Source: Octopus sinensis (lineage: Eukaryota). Taken from it: a stretch of 64,000 nucleotides of DNA. Below the pieces are notes generated by a model that was given only the letters and a program-made list of their open reading frames with translations, searched no databases and was not told the origin of the DNA. The stretch covers positions 14,446,001 through 14,510,000 of the forward strand of contig NC_042998.1 of NCBI RefSeq assembly GCF_006345805.1, given 5' to 3'. The position numbers were made by a program, and so were the translations under genes. Positions 24,445-37,899 of this stretch are shown here, piece by piece; the first letter of the stretch is position 1, and each line of letters opens with the position of its first letter.

Positions 24445-25120
24445 GGATTGGCACACTAGGAACTCCAGGCACCCCTAGCAAAACGCTTAGGGATATTTCA
24501 TTCGGTTTTACATTCTGAGTTTAAATTCCGCTGTGGTTGACATTGACTTTAATTTTTTTCGGGATCGTTAAAATAAGTACCAGCTAACTCCCACCGCCCA
24601 AATTGCTAGCTTTGTACCAACATTTGAAACCAATATTACCAGATACCAGGGCGGTGAGCCGGTAGAATTGGTAGCTCGCCGGGAAAAATGCTCAACGGTA
24701 TTTCGTTTGTCTTTGCTTTCTAAGTTTAAATTCCGCCGAGATCAACTTTGCCTTTCATCTTTCTGGATCGATAAAGTAAATACCCCCCCCCCCCCCGCCA
24801 GAAATTGCTGGCCTTGTGTCCAAGTTTGAAACTGATATACAAAATTCTGCGGTATTTGAAATCAAAACGTAACAACAAACGAAATGCCACTGAATGTTTT
24901 CCCTAACGATTGTACCAGTTCGCCGCCTTAGCTTTTACAAATATTGACTTCAAAGGTCCAGCAATTTCGGTGGGGTGGGGTGGGGTGGGGTGGTAAGTTC
25001 ATTGCATCGATCCCAGTGTTCAACTGGTACTTATTTTATCGAACCCGAATGGATAAGTCGACCGCGGCAAAATTTGATCTCTGAACATAAAGTCAGACAA
25101 GATGCTGCTAAGCGTACTAA
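24445..25120. mobile_element. Cluster of older, degenerate SINE-A-like copies in both orientations
   Basis: Recurrent decayed GAGTTTAAATTCCGC and TTTCATC...GATCGATAAAATAAGTACC motifs. Confidence 0.6.
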
Positions 25121-25124
25121 CGAT

Positions 25125-25990
25125 TATTTTCTACTCTAAGCACAAGGCCCGAAACTTTTTGAAGAGGGTGCTAGTCGATTAGATCGACCCCAGTACGCAA
25201 CTGGTACTTAATTTATCGAACCCGAAAGGATGAAAGGCAAAGTCGACCTCAGCGGAATTTGAACTCAGAACGTAAAGACAGAAGTACATATTTCTTTACT
25301 ACCCACAAGGGGTTAAACACAGAGAGGACAAACAAGGACAGACAAACGGATTAAGCCGATTACATCAACCCCAGTGCGTAACTGGTACTTATTTAATCGA
25401 CCCCGAAAGGATGAAATGTAAAGTCCACCTCGGCGGAATTTGAACTCAGAACGTAAAGACAGACGAAATACCTATTCCTTTACTACCCACAAGGAGCTAA
25501 ACACAGGGGGGACAAACAAGGACAGACAAACAGATTAAGCCGATTACATCGACACCAGTGCGTAACTGGTACTTATTTAATCGACCCGGAAAGGATAAAA
25601 AGCAAAGTCGACTTCGACGGAATTTAAACTCAGAATGTAACGGCAGACGAAATACTGCTAAGCATTTCGCCCGGCGTGCTAACGATGCTTATTTCTTTAC
25701 TTCCCGAAAGGGGCTACACACAGAGGCGACAAACAAGGATAGACAAACGGATTAAGTTGATTATATCGACCCCAGTGCGTAAATGGTACTTATTTAATCG
25801 ACCCCTAAAGGATGAATGGCAAAGTCGACGTCGGCGGAATTTGAACTCAGAACGTAACGGCAGACAAAATACCTATTTCTTTACTACCCACAAGGGGCTA
25901 AACACAGAGAGGACAAACAAGGCAAAGTCGACCTCGGCGGAATTTGAACTCAGAACGCAACGGCTAACGATTCCGCCAGCTCGCAGCCTC
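25125..25990 (-). mobile_element. SINE family A multimer (about 5 units, one internal partial head)
   Basis: Repeated ~180-bp bodies; the 3'-most unit has the alternative tail; partial head near 25650-25685. Confidence 0.8.
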
Positions 25991-26395
25991 AGCTTTTACG
26001 TCTATTCCTAAGGCGCTAACTTACTTAGACACGCCGATGGCTTCGAATAACACAGTAGGAACAGGATTACTACCTTTTGTCCTGCATATTTAAATGCACA
26101 TTCAAATATGTGATAATTCATTTTATAATTCAATTAACCTAGAATGAAGTAATCAATATGTACAAACTGCTAAGTTAATTAGCAATGACAATTGATAATA
26201 ATTCACGCAGAACAGCGAGAAACCAAACAATAAAGCATTCGTTTAGTCTTGATACATTCATTCAGATTCGAACACGAATTTCTGATCATCACCGGAGAAG
26301 ACTTCCTCCCTTTAGAAGATGTATGCTGGTAACACATGCAATTCAGCAGTTTAAGTGAACTTTGATGGAAAACATTGATGGAAAAAACAAATGAT

Positions 26396-26400
26396 AAAAA
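26396..26400 (-). terminator. Pol III terminator (T5) of the tRNA-Lys gene
   Basis: TTTTT on the minus strand 12 nt after the discriminator base, with a second T-run about 10 nt further on. Confidence 0.7.
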
Positions 26401-26412
26401 TATTACCATTTG

Positions 26413-26505
26413 CGCCCACAGGGGGACTTGAACCCGCGACCCTCAGATTCCTTTGTTTTCTATTAACTTAAAAGTCTGATGCTCTACCGACTGAGCTATG
26501 TAGGC
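26413..26505 (-). tRNA. tRNA-Lys-TTT: tRNA-Lys(UUU) with 20-nt intron (26449-26468) at position 37/38
   Basis: GCCTACA TA GCTC AGTCGGTA GAGC A TCAGA CTTTTA [AGTTAATAGAAAACAAAGGA] A TCTGA GGGTC GCGGG TTCAAGT CCCCC TGTGGGC G. This gives a 73-nt cloverleaf with anticodon TTT at 26470-26472, intact A/B boxes and a paired acceptor stem (one G-U). There is one C50:C64 mismatch in the T stem. Confidence 0.9.
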
Positions 26506-26939
26506 AGCTGACGTAGATTCCCTTTGTATAGTATATAATGCTTAGATGATGCTTGGGTGACTAGTTTAGTTATGGACGTGTGTATCTTTGATTTTTAAAG
26601 AGATGTAGCCAGAGGAATATTTTATGGAAGTGAGAGAGGAGAGGTGGTAGGTGGCTTCTCTTTATACCAGTCTATACCAGTGTGTGTGAATGTACACATA
26701 TATCTAGGAGTACGTGTATGTGTAGGAAAAAGACATTTCTTTCTGTAAAGATACGATTTGTGTCGACGAAGTAAATATGCATGAATGGATGTATGTAGGT
26801 AGGTATTCATGCATACATGTATGTATGTATGTTTTATGTTTTCTCATGTATATAGTAACATATCTAGACATGCTCATATATATATATATTTATATGATAA
26901 AATTACAGAATTTTACAGTTCTAGTGATGGATTGGATCT

Positions 26940-28760
26940 GTAGTCTTTGAATTAGTTAACTCGTTTGAAGCTTTCCTTCAAGTAAGACACTAGTTTCTAA
27001 CAAAGATGAAAAGTTCCATCACTGGAATGCTGATAACAAAAATAATGTCACATGAGAGGTAGACCCCAAAACAGTACGCTTTCTCTCCTGATGACCCTAT
27101 ACACTTGCTGGCTTCCAGTATGCCGAGTTTTCGACTGCTAGCAGTTGCATGTACAAGTTGTTTGCAAAACATGAGCTTAGAAAAGTCTTGCATATTTTTA
27201 CTGTTCCGCTAGAAGGGAGAAATTTGACAAGACAGCCAGTCATCGCCCGCTGACACTCGCTGACGATACATCGAAGAGGCCAGGGAACAGAAGAAAGAAG
27301 AAGAAAAGGAGACATGCACCCAACACCAGAGCTGAAGACACCTCCGAAGTGGGGGGCACGTCAAAACGGTAGAGGAGTAGGGGCCGAAACCGGACGAGGT
27401 TCTTCCTGATGATGTCTTGAGCTAACTGGATCCTCTAAAGGAGCTGTTGTGGTAGCAGACCACGAGACACGGTTGTAATTCCTCCTATATGCAATGTGTG
27501 TGCTAGCTGGTTGATTTCTTTTTCTGAAAAGCCTAGCTTATCCAGATTATCCCTTTTGCTAAAAAACAACAAAAAAATATTATTTGTATACAAAGGCATT
27601 TATAATTGGGACATAGAATCTGAAGGTTTCGAATCAGTTCTCCGTAGTTAGCTTCTGTCTTTCTTTCATTTCACGGTACATACATGTTCTTATCTGCCCC
27701 AAACAACTATATCTGATGAGTTGCGTTTGCCCTTGGTAGATATTTTGAAGGAAATGCTTTACCAATGTTACTTGAGTTGATGTTTATGTGCGCATTTAAT
27801 ATATCCCAAATGCTGAAATACTTTGTGAGATATTTGCCTTGTAGTAAGAGTTCCGAATGCCGCAATTTTTCTAGGTCTGGTGTAATATTCTCGGGTCATT
27901 TTATCTTTGTTCATAACACATTCATGTGATATATTTTCTTCAATACCAAGACATATATAAACATCCTTTGTGTAAAAGGAGAAATAGTTAGACCCTTGAT
28001 GCGCAGGTTCAGGGTTTAGGGGACTGATTTTTCCACGTTCAACGACCAAATACATTTCTTTCGGCCAAGTTCCATTATATGTCAGCTGAAAATGTTAATA
28101 ACTACACTAGCTGCTCTTTGGCACTGTTAACATTTTTAGCATAAACCTTTCAGGTCACCCAGAAAGATATCATGGGTAACATTAATATCTCTAGAAGTTG
28201 CAGACAATAGCATGTAGCCATTTGATTTTTGCAGCAGGGATGATGATGGATTTAATGCCGAATTGAAAAGAATTACGGTAAGACTGTCCCATTGGAATAT
28301 TGCCTTTGGAATATTTATCATATTGGAGATTATCGATCCACTCTTAGTTGGTGCCCAGGTCTTTATGAACCTTTCAGATGCAGCGATTAACTCAGCAGAG
28401 ACTGTCGCCAAATGCAGAGACTTCGCAACTACGAGTGGGAAATACAGTTGATTGCATTTCTATAATCAAATTCTAATATCACAAGTTTTCTTACTTCGGA
28501 CAGTACAGCTTTGTTACAACTCCTTTCTTTCCGCCTGCCTGCCTGCTCATCAGTCATATATTTATCGATCCTCAATGATCGTGGAAGAATTAGTTGAGAC
28601 AGATTTTTGCAAAGCTGGACATAACATAAAGTAAACGTCAAGCCTATCGCTTTCTACCAACTCAGTGATTTCATTCTTGGCTACACGATTTGCCTGTTAT
28701 GTTAATTTGGCCTTCCATCGTTTTTTTTTTTTGTTTTTTTTTAATATGAATATTAATGGA
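26940..28760 (-). mobile_element. Old, heavily decayed R4/Dong-like LINE (RT region and C-terminus)
   Basis: EQAGRRK...EFDYRNAINCISHS, INIPKAIFQWDSLTVILFNSALNPSSSLL...GY...VTHDIFLGDLK and GTVKICKTFL line up with the QGDSLSP/YMDD/GTAHILRK motifs of the younger copy. Many stops; interrupted at 27220-27540. Confidence 0.6.
27220..27495 (-). mobile_element. Copy of the internal module of the 570-1378 element
   Basis: Reverse complement of about 940-1210. Confidence 0.7.
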
Positions 28761-29294
28761 TTTCTGTAAAATGTCAGCCTCTTGTACTCATATTCAACTA
28801 TTAGATTTCTCCTCATTATGTAGTTTGCCGACAGCCAGCGAAAATATTTCAGTGCTGATTGCGTGTTTTACGACCAATGTTGGTACAATATTCTTTACTA
28901 ACTGTATTTATTCACGATACATTAAACCTGTACTTTCACATGATTATCAGTTATTTCGCTTCGGTCTGTCACTATGTACTAATTAAGGTACTCTAAGGTT
29001 GACACCCTTGTTGTTCAAGACTTTATCACTACAACCAAATGATGTACAGATGTCTTTTAACAGTAACCTCATTTCTCATCTCATCTAAGGCAAGTCCTAT
29101 GGTGATAGAAGCGTAGCTCCGAATGCAGAACTAATCAGTCGGAAGTACACAGTTGCAAATCTGTGCATAAGAAGTTGGAGTCTAATCTTAACATCGTTGT
29201 TGTATCTTCTCATGACTGAGCAACCCTTTTTAAGGAGTGCATAGCTCACTCATTTCACTGACGACGACGATGCACAAATTGTGTGGCAATTATA

Positions 29295-29706
29295 TATTTC
29301 TTTACTACCCACAAGGGGCTAAACACAGAGGGGACAAACAAGGACAGACAAAGGGATTAAGTCGATTACATTGACCCCAGTGCGTAACTGGTACTTAATT
29401 TATCGACCCCGAAAGGATGAAAGGCAAAGTCGACCTCGGCGGAATTTGAGCTCAGAACGTAGCGGTAGACGAAATACCTATTTCTTTACTACCCACAAGG
29501 GGCTAAACACAGAGGGGACACACAAGGACAGACCAACGGATTGAGTTGATTATATCGACGCCACTGCGTAAGTGGTACTTAATTTATCGACCCCGAAAGA
29601 ATGAAAGGCAATGTCGACCTCGGTGGAATTTGAACCCAGAACACGTAGCGTCAGACGAAATACGGCTACGCATTTCGCCCGGCGTGCTAACGTTTCTGCC
29701 AGCTCG
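29295..29706 (-). mobile_element. SINE family A dimer
   Basis: One head and two bodies joined at AAAGAAATA|GGTATTTCG. Confidence 0.85.
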
Positions 29707-30747
29707 GTGAGGTTAAGCAATCACGATTAGGTTAAAGTACTTTAATAAAAACTGAACATTTATTGTTGGCATAAATCTGTTGGTTAAGTAAAGCCAAATT
29801 TATTGGGAAGATCAAGTCGTCTGTGACTTCATGTTTCGCCTATCGGCTTTTTCAGTCATTGAAAGGAATCTACTCGTGTTATTTATATATATAAATGGAG
29901 AGAAAAGCTGCGTCAAAAGAATGAGGTGTGAGTTTGGTTTTACAAATATGTTAACAAATTCAAAGAAGAAACTTTTTTATTTTGTCAAAGACAGCGAACT
30001 TCGTAAATTTTCAAAGGTCAGTCATGTGCTTAAAGGTCAAAAAGTATATGAAGTAGATAGGTCTGTATAATGGTAAGTATAAAGGACGCTTAAGATGGGA
30101 GTGGAGATTAGACAATAAAAAGCGAAAGAGGTGAGATGGTTTGTTTGATAGAAGATACTTGAAAATCAGAATTGAAAACAATAGCTTAGCAAGTTCAAAG
30201 TTTCTGACAAAATGACTGGCTTTTACAATGTTTTTTATTCTTAAAAATCTAATTGAGTTTTCAAATACTGGAGAAAAAAACACTTTTAACTTATTCGTAA
30301 TTGTGTTTGGTGTACCATTTTCATATATAATTTTAGTATGGCAGAAAAGAACTATATGAATACATTCTATATCACAACAGCATACTCGGTTGTAGTTCAT
30401 ATATATTTGAATTAAAGCCCGAAACATGACGGCCTGCTGGTCCTGTAATCGCTAGATGGTAGGGGTACGTTCTGCCGCTTACAATATATGTCGGGTGGAG
30501 ATTGCATCGATAACCAGCTAGAGGAGCCTTCTCCTTAGGGTTAAAAATAGTAAATAACGTCGGTTCCTACGGTTGAAGTGCCGAGAAACATTATTTCTGA
30601 ATATCGTTGTTACTTTCACCTCTTATAGAAATTTTCTAACTTGTTACATAGTTTGATGTATGTCTTATGTATAAGAAAACTATAAGTATTTTATTGATAA
30701 TGTTTGCTAATATAAACTTTTGGATTAAACAATACTGAGAGAATTTT

Positions 30748-30827
30748 AAGGCGGCAAGCTGGCAGAAACGTTAGCACGCCGGGCGAATTGCTTAGCGGTA
30801 TTTTGCGAGTCTTTACGTTCTGAGTTC
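30748..30827 (+). mobile_element. SINE family A 5' part, truncated at the B box by family H
   Basis: AAGGCGGCAAGCTGGCAGAAACG...GTTCTGAGTTC, then an abrupt switch to family H. Confidence 0.75.
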
Positions 30828-31076
30828 TATATTTAAGAGATGAGGAATTATGTACATTATTTACATTATTTACATTTGACGGATATTTGTCGTCATCTTG
30901 TTTCTTAACACAACGTTTCGGCTGATATACCCTCTAGCCTTCATCAGGTGCCTTGGGGAAATTTCGAACCTGGATTCTCATTCCAAAGGTATCATGCGAT
31001 GTTACAATTATTATTATTGAGGTCACTGCCTGGAATCGAACTCGGAATCTTGGGGTTAGTATCCCGCGCTCTTAAC
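30828..31076 (-). mobile_element. Family H: tRNA-like head, (AAT)n and hammerhead-bearing body
   Basis: B box GAGTTCGATTCC (31032-31043), short AAT run, body with intact hammerhead, 3' GTAAATAAT tandem repeats. Confidence 0.7.
30907..30952 (-). ncRNA. Minimal type-I hammerhead ribozyme motif
   Basis: GGCAC-CTGATGA-A-GGCT-AGAGGGTATATC-AGCC-GAAAC-GTT-GTGTT: stem I GGCAC/GTGTT (two G-U pairs), intact core, 4-bp stem II, palindromic AACGTT stem III, GUU triplet. Confidence 0.7.
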
Positions 31077-31529
31077 ATGAAGAGAAAAAAGAGGGTAAAG
31101 CAAAGAGTGAAAGAGAAAGAGGGAGACTGCTGTGTATTAAGTCTATAAAATTGTGCATAAAGTGTATATAGAAATTACATTATTTAATTATCCGATTCCA
31201 ATTTCTTTTACTTTCCAATGAATAACAGGCGAGCGACCATCTTTCCATACAGACACAAAACAGGCTATGCTTTCAGGCTTTTTGGATTAAGTTTTCAGAA
31301 ATATTCAAATGGGTTACCAGTAAATTCGTGAAATATTCACGGATCCCGCTAGATTTTAGAAATAGTATAAACTAAGTAATTATTGGGGGATTATGAAAAA
31401 AGATTCATTATTTGCTTTAAGTGGGTGTTATAACATTGAGTGTAAGGAGAGAGCAATGAATATGAAAATCGAAAATACGGGAGACATATTTAAAATGTAT
31501 GAGAGGTAATGGTGTCGTTAATGGTTATA

Positions 31530-31790
31530 AGTTGGACGCAAACTGTACGGAAGCCCGTCGTGGATATATAAATGTGTATGTGTGTGTGTGCGTTTTGTGT
31601 TTGTGTGTCCTCGTGATTGCGTCCCAATGTTGGTTGCTTACGTCACTGTAACTTAACGGTTCGGCAAACGAGACTGACTGATTGTGTACTAAACTTTAAA
31701 ATGAGTGCTAGGGTCTATTTGTTCGACTAAACCGTTTTAGGTGGTGACTCAAGATGGTCTCAATCCAATGACAGAAACAAGTAAAAGATA
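31530..31790 (+). mobile_element. Degenerate SINE family B (3' half)
   Basis: GAAGCCCGTCG...CTTAACGGTTCGGCAAAC...GAAACAAGTAAAAGA homology. Confidence 0.65.
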
Positions 31791-32742
31791 AATTATAGAC
31801 AGGTGTGTGTGTGTGTGGATGCATGCGTGCGTGTATGTGTGTGTGCGTGCGTACGTCCGTGCGTGTGTGCGTGTGTGTGTGTGCGTGCATACGTGCATGT
31901 GTGTGAGTCTGTATGTGTGTGTGTTTGTGTGTACCCGTGCCAGTATGTATGTGTGTGTGCGTGTGTGTATGTGTGTGATATTTTTTTTGTGCATATATTT
32001 GGTAGCTTTTATCTCTCATTGGAATGTAAGAATGATATAGTAGGCGATTATAGGGAGGATCGACTGCTCTTTCTAACAAGGCCTTGACCGTGTAGAAGAG
32101 GCTTCCTTGCGGGACACAATCACTAATAACAAAACTGCATTATCTCTTCAAGCTTTTATAGGGACATCACGTTTGAAACTAGCTAGAAACAATTACGTTA
32201 GATTTCATTTTAAAACAATATGGCAGCATTATAAATTTTTACAACGGGAAAGGGATGTGCTTCAGAAGAAAACTAACAAATGCTATGGTATTCTGTAAGA
32301 TACTCTCTTCAACTGAGCGTGGTAATTTAAATCTCGACTGAATTACTCTCACAATTTACCATATAACACATACACACGTACACACACACCCTCTCTCTTT
32401 CTTGATATATATATGTGCGTGCTTGTGTGTGTGTATATATATATATGCACATACACACATATATATATGCATATGTATATATATATATTATTATATCTAT
32501 CTATCTATCTATCTATTATCATCTATCTATCTATCTATCTATCTATCTATATAATCTATATATATATATATATAATATATATATATAGATATATATATAT
32601 AATATATATATATAATATATATATATATAATATGTATATATGTATATACAGGCACACTTTCTCTCTCACTCTTGGTGTATATCTATCTATGTATCTATCC
32701 ATATATATATACATACACATATACATATATATGTATATACAG

Positions 32743-32803
<61 letters not shown>

Positions 32804-33421
32804 TATATGCACGCGTGCACGCACACTGATGATATTAATGACTTGGAGTATAAAATAAAAACAAATAATGTAAAATAAGAATTATCGATGAGATAGGATT
32901 TTAATGAAGATGACTATAAAACACAAGTGTGTTATGGAAAATTTCTCTTATTATCCTTGTCTTTTAGTGTCAAGCATGCGCCTGTCAGTCATATTTCAAA
33001 ATACTCATAAAAAATATATGTGCAATCGAATATTTCTAGTTTAATGCATGCAACAAATTATATTATTTTAATTTAGAAGAAATGTTGAGAAGGAAAAGAT
33101 GGGATATTAATCGAATTTAATTTTTAACTCAATTGAAGTATCTCCGTTATGGTAAATTGGAAAGTCAATTTGTGAATGTGTATGTGCTGCTATATGCATG
33201 TATATATATATATATGCTATGTGTGTGGTGTGTGCGTGTGTGTGTGTGCGTGTGTGTGTGTGCGTGTGTGTATTGTGTGGAGTGTAATTTGTGTGTGTGT
33301 GTTTGTGCATGTTCTTGTGTATGTGCGCTTGTATGTTTGATTATGTGTGTATGTCTTATGTGCATATTCCTGTGTCTATGTGTGTATGTATGCATTTGTA
33401 TCGTGTATAAGTGTATGTATG

Positions 33422-33455
<34 letters not shown>

Positions 33456-33618
33456 TATATATATATACAAATATATATATACAAATATATATATATATAT
33501 ACGCAGACACATATCTACATACACATATATATATATATACACAGACACACTCATATATATATATGAATATATATACATACATATATGCATATATATACAT
33601 ACATGTATATATGTATAT

Positions 33619-33653
<35 letters not shown>

Positions 33654-33789
33654 CACGCACGGGCGCACACTCGCACATACACACAAATAATGATATAATA
33701 GGTGTATGTGTGTATGTAAGTGCAAATCACAGTATCCATATAATTATCGGATGATGTTATACATTGCTGGTCACAGTGCACTTCGTGGC

Positions 33790-33990
33790 CAGCTACTAAA
33801 CAACACCCCACCCACCTCGCCACCACCACCACCGCCTCCTCATTGGAAAGCCAGTCCATCTCAAGGTTACTCATTTGCAGCTGAGTGGAAAGGAAGAACT
33901 TGAAATGAAGGGCTTTTTGCTCAGGAACACAATGCGCTGCCGGTCTGAGAATCAAAACCAGGGTTTCAAAATCGTGAGTGCACTAGAGAG
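33790..33990 (-). mobile_element. Degenerate SINE family E
   Basis: TTGTGTTCCTGAGCAAAA...CTTCATTTCA...CACTCAGCTGCAAATGAGTAAC matches 43259-43504. Confidence 0.6.
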
Positions 33991-34103
33991 GGCATCCTCA
34001 CACACACAGACAGACAGACAGACACACATACACACACATACACACACACACACACACAGACACACGGATAGATAGCTAAGTAGATACAGACAAACATACA
34101 TGC

Positions 34104-34151
<48 letters not shown>

Positions 34152-34156
34152 TAGAC

Positions 34157-34191
<35 letters not shown>

Positions 34192-34192
34192 C

Positions 34193-34247
<55 letters not shown>

Positions 34248-34257
34248 CAGACATACA

Positions 34258-34292
<35 letters not shown>

Positions 34293-34344
34293 ATAGATAG
34301 CTAACTAAATATACAGACAAACATACATACACATAGACAGACAG

Positions 34345-34441
<97 letters not shown>

Positions 34442-34464
34442 CAGAGAGACAGACAGACAGACAC

Positions 34465-35157
34465 CGTGCGGATTTTAACCTGGCTCCTACGAGGAGTTAA
34501 TTGGGCCTGAAACCCAATACTAAAGAGGGCTAAAAAGCATGACTATAATGCGTCTATACTGACTATATGCCCCGGTGGTGTTTTATCAATGGTTAAGGAC
34601 GGATTAGAATTAATTCTGTAATGCAGGCATTCTATTGTTACAGTTCCAAGATGAATTCCAACTGTTGGCAAATCTGTCTCAAAGTTCTTATCTCGACGAA
34701 AAATTAACGACGCGAATATCATTTATCTCCCCTGCGATCTCTGACGTTATCTGACAAACGTCACCAAGATGGCGTGAATCAGCTAAGGTTTACCTGCTAG
34801 AAATAGCAACCTGAATGCTCTTGAATCGAATCTTAATGCTAGATGTTCAAGAACCAAATGAAGGGCAGAATTTCAATTCCAGGATCTTCCTGATTCCAAA
34901 AATGTATAATATATCTTGTCACTCTCTGTGTCACGCTGAATATCCCCGAGAACTACGTTAAGGGTACACGTGTCTGTGGAGTGCTCAGCCACTTACACGT
35001 TGATTTCACGAGCAGGCTGTTCTGTTGATTCGGATCAACTGGAACCCTCGTCGTCGTAACCGACGGAGTGCTTCCAATATATCTATGTAGAGCAAATGCA
35101 GGCTGAGTTACAGAGGTCCTAGATGGACAGACAGAATTTCGTTTATATTATTAAAGA
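34465..35157 (-). mobile_element. Second copy of the Helitron-like element, lacking the 940-1210 module
   Basis: 5' TCTTTAATAATATAAACGAAATTCTGTCTGTCC; collinear with 570-925 and 1235-1378; contains a SINE-C fragment at 34915-35072. Confidence 0.55.
34915..35072 (+). mobile_element. SINE family C 3' fragment
   Basis: Matches about 3235-3391. Confidence 0.8.
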
Positions 35158-35449
35158 CGTGTAGATACTGAAGTTTCCAAAGGACATTTGGACAAATGCT
35201 TTATCTAAGGTACCGGATGAACCTACATCGTGACAGGAAACACAATGAAAAGCAAGTCTTTCCAAAACGCCACGCCACAGAGAAAGAATTTAGAAAAGAA
35301 ATTCGGCAAATTTGGAATAAGAACCAATCAGGATAGAGGAGATGCCCTTTGCATGGTCGCAGCATTTGGCTGAAAACCAAAACATGAAGAATGTGTGTGC
35401 ATGTGTGTGTGTGTTCGTGCGCGCGTGTGTGTTTGTGTATGTATGTAAG

Positions 35450-36012
<563 letters not shown>

Positions 36013-36025
36013 GAGTATGTATATA

Positions 36026-36073
<48 letters not shown>

Positions 36074-36271
36074 ATATGTGTATGTGTGTGTGTGTGTATT
36101 TGTACAGGGTGAGCCATAATGGGACACATTTTAAATGCTAGTACCTTAGAATGTAAAAATGACAAAGGGTACCAAATATACAGAGTACCTAGTGTATCCC
36201 ATCGTTATGCTCACCCTGTACCTGCATACGTATATACACGCACAAATATGTATGTATGTATGTATATGTGT

Positions 36272-36595
36272 TAAGTTAAGTTAATTTTTTGGCTCAAAAA
36301 GCAAAAAGCAAGACCATGTAGGGGGACATGGAGTTATGTACAGGGAGGGTGTTCATGCAAAGAGTTCAGGCCATTTCTGGTCAAGAGAGACTTTGAACCG
36401 AGAGGTCGTCGGCATCTTCACTATCTCGTCCGGCAGCTTATTCCACGGATCCGCAACCCGGACGGAGAAAGCCCCTCTCCTTCGATTGAGATGAAATCGT
36501 CGCAGATAGAGCTTTTCGGAGTGACCCCGCAGCCGACGCTCTGGAGTAGGAGTGAAGAACAACTCTTTCGAGAGGTTACACTTTCCGCTTATGGT
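36272..36595 (-). mobile_element. CR1-clade LINE 3' fragment
   Basis: RRLRGHSEKLYLRRFHLNRRRGAFSVRVADPWNKLP...ELFA*; about 13 differences from 11131-11455 over ~325 bp (hand count). Confidence 0.85.
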
Positions 36596-36789
36596 GATGC
36601 ATGTAGGTCATGTGTGTGTTTCTTGGTGTTTGTTCACATTCCCGTAACATAGTGGTTCGACATAAAGCAACCGACGGTAAAAAAGCAATAAGTTCTGGTG
36701 TCGATTTGTTCGACTAAATATTTCAATCGCTGCAGTCTAATGTCTGAAACAAGTGGTCAGTGACTGTAACACTATACAAAACTATACCT

Positions 36790-37750
36790 GCCTACATACA
36801 TACACACACATACATACACAAACATAAATATACGCATGCGCACGCACATTTATACACACATACACACAAATATACGCACATAGAATAACTCATACAAACA
36901 GTGACGTACATACTTAGATACACATCAATACATAAAAGCACACACATATATTTATACACACATGCACACATATATATGTACGTACACACAAACATATACA
37001 TACACACGCGTACATAAATACATACATGCACACACTCATACACACACATAAATACATACATGCACACACACATACATTTGTACACACATACACACACACG
37101 CATACATACACGTACGTACACAAGCATATACATACACACGCGTGCATAAATTCATACATGTACACACTCATACACACATAAATACATACATACGCAGACA
37201 CGTACGCAGACACGTACATTCATACACATATACATTCACACACACGTACACAAAACATACATACACTTACTCATACGCACACATAAACACATACATGACC
37301 ACACACACATACATTTATACACACAAGCACGCATACACAGATACAGACATGTACCTAAATACATACATACATACATACATACATACATACATACATGCAT
37401 ACATACATACATGCATACATTAAGTACATACATACATACATACATACATACATTACATACATTCAGGCATACAGACATACATACAGACATAACATACATA
37501 CTACATAATGCATACATACATAAATACATACATACATTACATACATACATACATACATGCATACATACATACATACTACATGCATACATACATACATGCA
37601 TGACATACATACATACATACATACATGCATACATACATACATACATACATACATACATACATACATACATACATGCATACATACTTACATACGTACATAC
37701 ATACATACATGCATACATACATACATGCATACATGCTTACATACATACGT
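36790..37750. repeat. Degenerate (CA)n/(TACA)n array
   Basis: Directly visible. Confidence 0.9.
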
Positions 37751-37899
37751 GTGTGTGTGTGTACACGATAGATCCTCTCTTTGCTACAAAACGTGATGAA
37801 GCCCGGAACCTCGCAGTCCTTGGCAGGAACCCTGGGATATCCCAACATTAATCTAAAACAATTTTGTTCTGCTTCAGCGGTGCGTAACGTCAATGAAAG

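Noticed and set aside
37792-37890. GTGATGA as a C/D snoRNA box C
   Set aside because: No box D (CTGA) or terminal stem at a suitable distance.
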